NCBI GenBank assembly: GCA_009919005.1
Contig: RGCW01000002.1
Coordinates: 4,279 to 68,278, forward strand
Direction of reading: 5' to 3'
DNA from: Candidatus Aquidulcis sp.
Lineage (GTDB): Bacteria > Chloroflexota > Limnocylindria > Limnocylindrales > Limnocylindraceae
DNA: 64,000 nt
Positions 39,043 through 45,964 of the stretch are shown here, piece by piece (position 1 is the stretch's first letter; the number at the start of each line of letters is the position of its first letter). The notes under the pieces were generated by a model, which searched no databases, was not told the origin of the DNA, and worked only from the letters and a program-made list of their open reading frames with translations. Position numbers and translations under genes: made by a program.

Positions 39043-40113
39043 GTGAGCAAGGAGCTTGTGGGCGCCCTCATTCAGCTGGGCGCTGAGCGTGGAATTGATC
39101 GTGCAGCGGTGCTACAGGCGGCAGAGGAATCCTATGCGGTCGCCCTCAATCGCCGTCACGCCTCTGCCGACATCCACGTGCGCCTTGATCCTGAATCAGG
39201 GGCGATGCGTGTGTTTCGGGCCCGCCGAGTCGTTGAAGAGGTGGCGGTTCCTGGAGCCGAATGGACCCTCGAAGAGGCCCGGCAGACGAAGGCTGATGCC
39301 GCCATCGGAGATCTCATTGAGCTCGATGAAATGGACGCTGAGATGGGCCGGATCGTTGCCGCCCAGGCGCGCCAAGCGCTCCAGCAGCGCCTGATCCAAA
39401 TTCAGCGTGATCAGATCATGCAGTCGTTCGCAGAGCGCGCGGGAGAGATCCTCACGGGCGTCGTGATGCGCGTAGATCGACGCAATTTGGTACTAGATGT
39501 CGGCAAGGCAGAGGCGTATCTCCCTGCATCGGAGCAGTCTCAACTTGACACGTTCCGAATCGGCGAGAACGTGAAAGCCCTCCTGCTAGAGGTTCGTACG
39601 ACAGTGCGAGGCCCCGAGATTCTTTTGACTCGCACTCACAAGAACTTCGTGAAGAAGCTCTTTGAACTCGAAGTGCCCGAGCTCTCAGCCGGCACGGTAG
39701 AGATTACGTCGATCGCCCGAGAGCCAGGAAGTCGGACCAAGATTGTCGTGGTGAGCAAGCAGGTCGGCCTTGATCCTGTTGGCGCGGTTGTGGGGCAGCG
39801 TGGAGCCCGAGTCCAGGCGGTTGTCGAGGATCTCGGCGGAGAGAAGATTGACATCATTGCACATACAGATGATGCCGCTGAGGCTATTGGCCGAGCACTT
39901 TCACCAGCGCCCGTTGTCTCCGTGACGGTAGATGAGGCGACGAAGTCGGCCACGGTGGTTGTGCCTGAACGAGCGCTCTCCCTTGCCATCGGTGCAGGAG
40001 GGCAGAATGCGCGACTTGCGGCACGCCTCACTGGCTTCCGCATTGATATCGCGAGCGACGGAAGCGGTCCTGCGCTCGTCTCAACGGATGCGCCGCAAGG
40101 CGAGGAGGCATAA
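39043..40113 (+). CDS. nusA: transcription termination/antitermination factor NusA
   Basis: N-terminal domain plus S1 and two KH domains. GTG 39043 follows a GGGAGG RBS. The ORF-track start 38986 would read through the terminator hairpin. Confidence 0.9.
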   Translation: MSKELVGALIQLGAERGIDRAAVLQAAEESYAVALNRRHASADIHVRLDPESGAMRVFRARRVVEEVAVPGAEWTLEEARQTKADAAIGDLIELDEMDAEMGRIVAAQARQALQQRLIQIQRDQIMQSFAERAGEILTGVVMRVDRRNLVLDVGKAEAYLPASEQSQLDTFRIGENVKALLLEVRTTVRGPEILLTRTHKNFVKKLFELEVPELSAGTVEITSIAREPGSRTKIVVVSKQVGLDPVGAVVGQRGARVQAVVEDLGGEKIDIIAHTDDAAEAIGRALSPAPVVSVTVDEATKSATVVVPERALSLAIGAGGQNARLAARLTGFRIDIASDGSGPALVSTDAPQGEEA

Positions 40114-40366
40114 AACGCCGAAACTCCTGTTGCGCACCTGCGTAGCATGCCGGACGAAGAGACCGGTAGAGCTGCTTGTGCGCTACGGAGCCTCTCCCGG
40201 AAATCTGGTGCAACGAAGCATACGTGGCGGACGAGGAGCCTGGATCTGTCAAGCGGAGGATAGAAGTCACGATGCGCGCGTGACCCGTGGATTACAGCGA
40301 GCGCTTCGACTAGTCGCCCCAGCGGCGGGCCAACTTGACAGGCCGATATCACGTCTAAGCGAGTAG
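40088..40366 (+). CDS. ylxR: YlxR/DUF448 RNA-binding protein
   Basis: RTCVACRTKRPVELLVR...GRGAWIC motif in the conserved nusA-ylxR-infB position. ATG 40088 overlaps the nusA end by 26 nt. Confidence 0.75.
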   Translation: MRRKARRHKTPKLLLRTCVACRTKRPVELLVRYGASPGNLVQRSIRGGRGAWICQAEDRSHDARVTRGLQRALRLVAPAAGQLDRPISRLSE

Positions 40367-40382
40367 GGGAAAGGATACGACG

Positions 40383-42254
40383 ATGACAAAGCAGAGAAAG
40401 AGCATTCGTCCGCCGCGACCCGATCGCCTGCCACCTGAGCCTGCCACTCAGCGCACGGCTCAGGTACACGATGGCGTCGTTGAGCTCCCAGCATCGATTG
40501 CCGTCGGTGATCTTGCAAGTCTGCTCAAAGTGAATCCCGCTGACATCATTAATCCACTCATTCGCAGTGGCGTATTCGCCACCATGAACCAGGGCATTGA
40601 TCGCGAAACAGCGGCGCTCATTGCAACCGAACTCGGCTTTACCGTAGCCGAACCAGAACCGGATGAGCCAACTGCTGCCCCTGAGGTGGCACCCGAAGCT
40701 CCACCGGCCGCCACGAAGCGAGAGTTCTTCAGTGAGGATCCGAAAGCAGCCCTAGTGTCGCGCGCTCCGATTGTCACGGTCATGGGGCATGTTGATCATG
40801 GCAAGACAAGCCTTCTAGATGCGCTTCGAAAAACCAGCGTCGCAGCACGTGAGCGCGGCGGCATCACGCAGCACCTTGGCGCTAGCCAGGTGCTACGGGG
40901 TGACAGATCCATCCTCTTCCTTGACACCCCTGGCCACGAAGCCTTTACGGCAATGCGGGCTCGGGGTGCCCGGGTGACCGATATCGCCATCGTTGTTGTA
41001 GCGGCAGATGATGGGGTGATGCCGCAAACAAAGGAGGCTATCAGCCATGCCCGCGCAGCGAACGTTCCGATCATCATCGCTCTCAATAAGGTCGATAAGC
41101 CCGACGCCAATCCTGATCGGGTAAAGACTGAGCTGGCCGAAGCGAACGTTGTGATCGAAGACTACGGTGGTGATGTGCCACTTGTAGCGGTTTCAGCGCG
41201 CACTGGAACGGGTTTAGACGATCTACTTGACATGGTGCTTCTTGTGGCGGATCTCGGGGACTACAAAGCCGATCCTAACCGGCGGGCGGTGGGTACGGTG
41301 ATTGAAGCGCAGCGAGATAAGGGTAGGGGGCCAATCGCGACGGTGATCGTTCAAACAGGAACCCTGCGCGTGGGGGATCACATGGTTGTTGGAGCGATCT
41401 CTGGCAAGGTTCGCTCCCTTGAAGCGCCCGACGGTGGTCGGATAAAGAGTGCTGGGCCCTCGACGGCCGTGATCGTTTCTGGGCTCCCAGAAGTGCCCGT
41501 CAGCGGCGAAATCTTCAAAATTGCGGCCGATGAGCGAGAAGCTCGGTCCTGGTCTGAGGAGGCCGCTGAGGCGAATCTGGCTGGTCGCGAGAGTGGACAG
41601 GCAACCATGGAGGATCTCTACAAGAGGATCCAATCTGGCGCTGGCAAAGAGGTTCGCATCATTCTGAAATCCGATGTGGCTGGTTCACTTGGCGCGATTG
41701 AGCACCAGCTCGAGAAGATGCAGAGCGACGAGGTACGGATCAACGTGCTCTTGTCCGCCGCGGGAGAGATCACTGAGAACGACATACTGCTCGCCTCCGC
41801 ATCGGACGCCATCGTTCTGGGATTCACGACAACGTTGACCCCGGGGGCGCGTCGCATGGCTGAAACGAACAAAGTCGATGTGCGCCTCTATGAAATCATC
41901 TACGAATTGGCTGACGATATGAAGGCGGCCATTGAGGGGATGCTTGATCCAGAGAAGTCAGAGGTCGTCGAGGGCCGCGCTGAGGTGAAGCAGCTCTTCC
42001 CAGGGAAGGGCTTCGTCATCGCCGGATCGGTTATTCGCGAAGGTCGCGTAACCCGTGGTGCAAAGGTGCGCATTCTTCGAGGGGGGACGGTGGTAGCCAC
42101 TGATGTGATCGAGTCTCTCCGTCGGTTTCGTGATGACGTGCGCGAAGTTAAGGAGGGCCAAGAGTGCGGCATTGGCCTTGGCGCATCGGTCACCGTTCAG
42201 GAGGGTGACATGTTAGAGATCATCGGGGAGAAATCGACGAGGCGGAGCCTCTAG
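40383..42254 (+). CDS. infB: translation initiation factor IF-2
   Basis: [13 protein letters not shown]-domain, then domains II to C2; 623 aa. Confidence 0.95.
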   Translation: MTKQRKSIRPPRPDRLPPEPATQRTAQVHDGVVELPASIAVGDLASLLKVNPADIINPLIRSGVFATMNQGIDRETAALIATELGFTVAEPEPDEPTAAPEVAPEAPPAATKREFFSEDPKAALVSRAPIVTVMGHVDHGKTSLLDALRKTSVAARERGGITQHLGASQVLRGDRSILFLDTPGHEAFTAMRARGARVTDIAIVVVAADDGVMPQTKEAISHARAANVPIIIALNKVDKPDANPDRVKTELAEANVVIEDYGGDVPLVAVSARTGTGLDDLLDMVLLVADLGDYKADPNRRAVGTVIEAQRDKGRGPIATVIVQTGTLRVGDHMVVGAISGKVRSLEAPDGGRIKSAGPSTAVIVSGLPEVPVSGEIFKIAADEREARSWSEEAAEANLAGRESGQATMEDLYKRIQSGAGKEVRIILKSDVAGSLGAIEHQLEKMQSDEVRINVLLSAAGEITENDILLASASDAIVLGFTTTLTPGARRMAETNKVDVRLYEIIYELADDMKAAIEGMLDPEKSEVVEGRAEVKQLFPGKGFVIAGSVIREGRVTRGAKVRILRGGTVVATDVIESLRRFRDDVREVKEGQECGIGLGASVTVQEGDMLEIIGEKSTRRSL

Positions 42255-42256
42255 GT

Positions 42257-42679
42257 ATGCCTCCAAGGATGGCACGTGTTGATGAACTCCTTCGCGAGGA
42301 GATCAGCGCCCATATTGCAAAATCTATCAGCGATCCTCGCCTTGGGTTTGTCACGGTAACTTCGGTTTTGACCTCGCCAGATCTTCATCATGCCAGGGTC
42401 TATGTCAGCGCTATCGGAAGCGAGGAGCAGCGCCTCGCATCCCTGGCCGCGCTACGGAGTAGTGCTTCGCATCTACGTAGCCTCATCGGCAAGGAACTGC
42501 GTATTCGACGCGTTCCTGATCTTCACTTTGAGTTGGATTCGACGAGTGATCGTGGCGCGCGCATCCAGCAGATACTTGGCAGCATTGCGCAAGGCGGCGT
42601 TCCGCCTGCCGATCTCGCTCCGCTCCCAGAACCAACGCAACCAGACGGTACGGCGCGAGGAAGGAAGAGGTCTGCATGA
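42257..42679 (+). CDS. rbfA: ribosome-binding factor A
   Basis: RVDELLREEISAHI...DPRLGFVTVTSV pattern. Confidence 0.9.
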   Translation: MPPRMARVDELLREEISAHIAKSISDPRLGFVTVTSVLTSPDLHHARVYVSAIGSEEQRLASLAALRSSASHLRSLIGKELRIRRVPDLHFELDSTSDRGARIQQILGSIAQGGVPPADLAPLPEPTQPDGTARGRKRSA

Positions 42680-43743
42680 GCGAGCAGGGTACGATCAATC
42701 GTCCAGACTATTTGCAGCGCGCCGGAGCGCTAACACCAATAGCGCTTCAGCTAGTGCCAGTTGAGGTCCTGAGTGCACTCCAGGCCGCTAAACGCCTGTG
42801 GATTGTTCCACATGAGCGCCCTGACGCCGACGCACTCGGTGCGGCGCTTGGATTGCAGCAGATCCTAGAACGGCGCGGTGTCGAGGCGGTTGTTGTAAGC
42901 TCCGATGTGCCCCCAGCGGTGTATCAGGTGATTCCGAACATTTCCGATGTATCCCTGGCAGCACCTGAATGGATTCCTGACACGATTGTTCTGGTTGATT
43001 GTGCAGACCCGTCACGGACTGGGCGAATTGGCGTTGCGATCGAAAGCCTCCCCGATAGCACCCAACGGATTTTGATTGATCACCACGTATCGAATACATC
43101 TACCTGGCCGTTGGCCTGGATAGATGCGCATGCTGCCGCTACGTGCGAGCTTGTCAGTCTCATCGCCCTAGCGATGAGCGCAGATTTTACGGCGAATAAT
43201 GGCAGACTAGCTACGACGCTCGCCGCTGGCATCATCATGGATACCGCCACCTTCCAACACGGCAACACAACGTCGCGAACCTTAGAAGTTGGTGCGCTAC
43301 TCCTAGCAGCTGGTGCGCCAATCAGCGAGATTTCGCGGAAGATCTACCGTTCCAAACCTCGCGCACAAGTTGAACTTCACGCGCGGGTTCTCGCACAGAT
43401 CAAAACCAGTGATGCTGGACGCACGATTTACACCACGATGAGCCTCTCTGATCTTCAGGAGACAGGGGCGACACCGGAAATGAGCGAAGGGATCGTTGAT
43501 GCACTTGCGCAGGTCACCGAATCAAACGTCGCGATTTTCCTCAAAGAGGACGATCCTAATACCACCCGCATCTCAGTTCGAACCAAGGGCGATGGTCCCG
43601 AAGCCACCGCAGTGACCAAAGCATTCGGCGGCGGAGGACACGCGCGCGCCTCTGGGGCGACGGTCGAGCGGCCACTCCCAGATGCACTTGCAGAGGTGTT
43701 GGCGCACGTCTCGACACTGCGTTCACGCGCCAAAGAGGGCTGA
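42676..43743 (+). CDS. nrnA: DHH/DHHA1 phosphoesterase (NrnA-like nanoRNase/pAp phosphatase)
   Basis: HERPDADALG, DHHVSN and GGGHARASG motifs. Confidence 0.8.
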   Translation: MSEQGTINRPDYLQRAGALTPIALQLVPVEVLSALQAAKRLWIVPHERPDADALGAALGLQQILERRGVEAVVVSSDVPPAVYQVIPNISDVSLAAPEWIPDTIVLVDCADPSRTGRIGVAIESLPDSTQRILIDHHVSNTSTWPLAWIDAHAAATCELVSLIALAMSADFTANNGRLATTLAAGIIMDTATFQHGNTTSRTLEVGALLLAAGAPISEISRKIYRSKPRAQVELHARVLAQIKTSDAGRTIYTTMSLSDLQETGATPEMSEGIVDALAQVTESNVAIFLKEDDPNTTRISVRTKGDGPEATAVTKAFGGGGHARASGATVERPLPDALAEVLAHVSTLRSRAKEG

Positions 43744-43746
43744 TCC

Positions 43747-44706
43747 ATGGCGCGGCGCAGGCCGAGTACCCCCGGGATTGATGGAGTGCTTCTGGTCGAT
43801 AAGCCCAACGGCCCGACAAGCCACGACATCGTTGCCAAGATCCGTCGGATCGCTGGTCAACCTCGCATCGGGCACGGTGGCACGTTAGACCCATTTGCGA
43901 CTGGTCTTCTAGTGCTCGTACTTGGTCGCGCCACCCGTCTGGCGAGCCTTCATCTGGGGGGCGCGAAGCGGTACCAGGCAACCTTCTCCTTTGGTTGGGC
44001 CACAACGACGGATGACCTAGATGGTGACCGACTTGGAACCCTCGGTTCGCCGCCTACACAGGTTGAGGTTGAGCGCCTGCTCCCTCGGTTTCGCGGGGCA
44101 GTAGAGCAGGTTCCACCCACCCATTCTGCAAAGCGCACCGACGGTGTCCGCGCCTACGAGCGAGCTCGTTCTGGGCAGGTGGTTGAACTTGCCCCACGAC
44201 CAGTGGAGATCAAGCGATTCGACGTTGTCGGATGGGATGATTCGCACTCTGAAGAGCCACTCATGCACGCGCAGTTGGAGGTAAGTTCCGGTACCTACGT
44301 TCGAGCGATCGCTCGCGACCTCGGTCGTGCGGCAGGGAGTGGGGCTCACCTCGTCACGCTGCGGCGTACCGGATCAGGTGTCTTTGCGGTTGAGAATGCG
44401 CACACGATGGAGCAGATTGCCGCTGCCGCAGTGTCGGGACATCTGCGCGACCTCCTATTGCCCATTGATGCGGGGCTTGACCACATCCCAGCCAGTGAGG
44501 TGGGTGTTCGTGGCGAAGCGCTCCTTCGCGATGGGATCGCCCTGCCTGAGGCCATGCTGGACGGCATAGGGCAGCAGGTAGACCTTGGAGGCCAGATGCG
44601 ACTTCTGGTGGGCGGGGTGATTGCGGCGCTCGGGCGACGCACGGCGTTTGGTGCACAGCCAGAGCGTGTGTTTGTTGAGTCCAATGCTCTGATGGGGCAC
44701 CGCTGA
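43747..44706 (+). CDS. truB: tRNA pseudouridine55 synthase
   Basis: GVLLVDKPNGPTSHD and HGGTLDPFATG motifs. Confidence 0.9.
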   Translation: MARRRPSTPGIDGVLLVDKPNGPTSHDIVAKIRRIAGQPRIGHGGTLDPFATGLLVLVLGRATRLASLHLGGAKRYQATFSFGWATTTDDLDGDRLGTLGSPPTQVEVERLLPRFRGAVEQVPPTHSAKRTDGVRAYERARSGQVVELAPRPVEIKRFDVVGWDDSHSEEPLMHAQLEVSSGTYVRAIARDLGRAAGSGAHLVTLRRTGSGVFAVENAHTMEQIAAAAVSGHLRDLLLPIDAGLDHIPASEVGVRGEALLRDGIALPEAMLDGIGQQVDLGGQMRLLVGGVIAALGRRTAFGAQPERVFVESNALMGHR

Positions 44707-45542
44707 TGAGGCGCGTTATCGGGTGGGAGGACCTCGCCACCGCGATGAATCTCACCCCAGGAGGCTCGGGGAGCATTCTGACCCTCGGAGTGTTCGACGG
44801 CCTCCATCGAGGCCATCAGCGCCTGCTGGCTGCCGCTGAGCGGCTGGCGCACGCCGCCGGTCTGCGGCGCATTCACGTTGGCTTCACTCCGCACCCCGAT
44901 CTCCTGATCAGAGGAGCCGCCCCCGCGAAGCTGCTTGAGGGCGAAGAGGTTGAGCTTCGCCTCGCGCACGCTGGCGTTGACATTTGGTGCGACCTGCCAT
45001 TTACCGTCGACCTGCGAGATACCCCCTGGGAGATATTTCTTGAACGCCTGGTCAGGACCACGCTTGCCAAGGGGATCGTCCTCTCGCCCGAATCTGCCTT
45101 TGGCCAGGGCCGCCAGGGTACGCTGGCGAACGTCCGCGCATGGGGGGCGATTCGCGGACTGCAGGTGCATCCAGTCGCCGAGGTCCGAGCTGGGGGTGCC
45201 CCAATCAGTAGCACCCGTATTCGCGAGATGATCTCGGCGGGAGACCTGACGGGGGCCGCGCGTCTCCTCGGTCGACCATATGCACTCGTAGGGGACCTTC
45301 ACGGGGACCAAGTGAGACTCCCAACACGGGACGTGGCCGTGCCCCCGCCAGGGCTCTATCGGGCTCGGGTGGGTCTCGCAGGTCGCCCTGCAGGGCGCCT
45401 TCCACTCGTAGGTCGGCTCACCTCCGTCCAGATCGCTCCGGATGGCCAAACCCTCAGACTTAGTCGTACGAACCATCTTGATCCACGACTTACTGGGGGT
45501 ACCGTTCGCGTCGCCATCCTTGGAGAGGGCCTCCAAGCCTAG
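44706..45542 (+). CDS. ribF: FAD synthetase (RibF-type) with degenerate riboflavin-kinase half
   Basis: The N-terminal FMN adenylyltransferase module is intact (GVFDGLHRGHQ, ISSTRIRE). The C-terminal ~90 aa align only loosely to the riboflavin-kinase module. Confidence 0.8.
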   Translation: MRRVIGWEDLATAMNLTPGGSGSILTLGVFDGLHRGHQRLLAAAERLAHAAGLRRIHVGFTPHPDLLIRGAAPAKLLEGEEVELRLAHAGVDIWCDLPFTVDLRDTPWEIFLERLVRTTLAKGIVLSPESAFGQGRQGTLANVRAWGAIRGLQVHPVAEVRAGGAPISSTRIREMISAGDLTGAARLLGRPYALVGDLHGDQVRLPTRDVAVPPPGLYRARVGLAGRPAGRLPLVGRLTSVQIAPDGQTLRLSRTNHLDPRLTGGTVRVAILGEGLQA

Positions 45543-45584
45543 ATTTGCTACCCTAGGGGCATCCAAGATGTGATGAAAGGATGA

Positions 45585-45605
45585 GGGGTGCCCTTGGAGC
45601 ACCTC
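45585..45605 (+). promoter_or_regulatory. hairpin in the rpsO 5' leader just upstream of the RBS
   Basis: GGGGTGC-CCTTGGA-GCACCTC, 7 bp including one G-U pair. It ends 6 nt before AAGGAG. A second 5-bp hairpin (GCATCC...GGATG) lies just upstream. Confidence 0.4.
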
Positions 45606-45626
45606 CGATGTAAGGAGAATGACCTC

Positions 45627-45896
45627 TTGCCACTAGATCAAGCAACCACGGCACGGATTGTTGCCGAAAACGGTCGCCACGGGAAAGATACAGGCTCTGC
45701 CGAGGTGCAGATAGCACTCCTCACGGAGCGTATCCAAGGGCTGACGACCCATCTACAGACCTTCAAACAGGACAACCACTCACGGCGCGGGCTGCTCAAG
45801 CTCGTCGGCCAGCGACGCCGGTTGCTCACCTTCCTTAAGCGTGAAGATGCAGCGCGGTATGCCGCGCTCTCCGAGAAACTCGGACTTCGACGCTAA
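45627..45896 (+). CDS. rpsO: 30S ribosomal protein S15
   Basis: [25 protein letters not shown]...[17 protein letters not shown] pattern. TTG 45627 lies 9 nt after AAGGAG and gives the canonical 89 aa. Confidence 0.9.
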   Translation: MPLDQATTARIVAENGRHGKDTGSAEVQIALLTERIQGLTTHLQTFKQDNHSRRGLLKLVGQRRRLLTFLKREDAARYAALSEKLGLRR

Positions 45897-45964
45897 CTAC
45901 CACCTAGCCCACAGCTGGGCCCAGATGCACGCGAGCAAACAACACGCCCGCGTACCAACAGGAG

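Noticed and set aside
44346-45602. 418-aa minus-strand ORF spanning truB and ribF
   Set aside because: It is antisense to two well-supported genes and crosses their junction. Its composition is R/P/G/A-rich shadow-frame sequence with no motifs.
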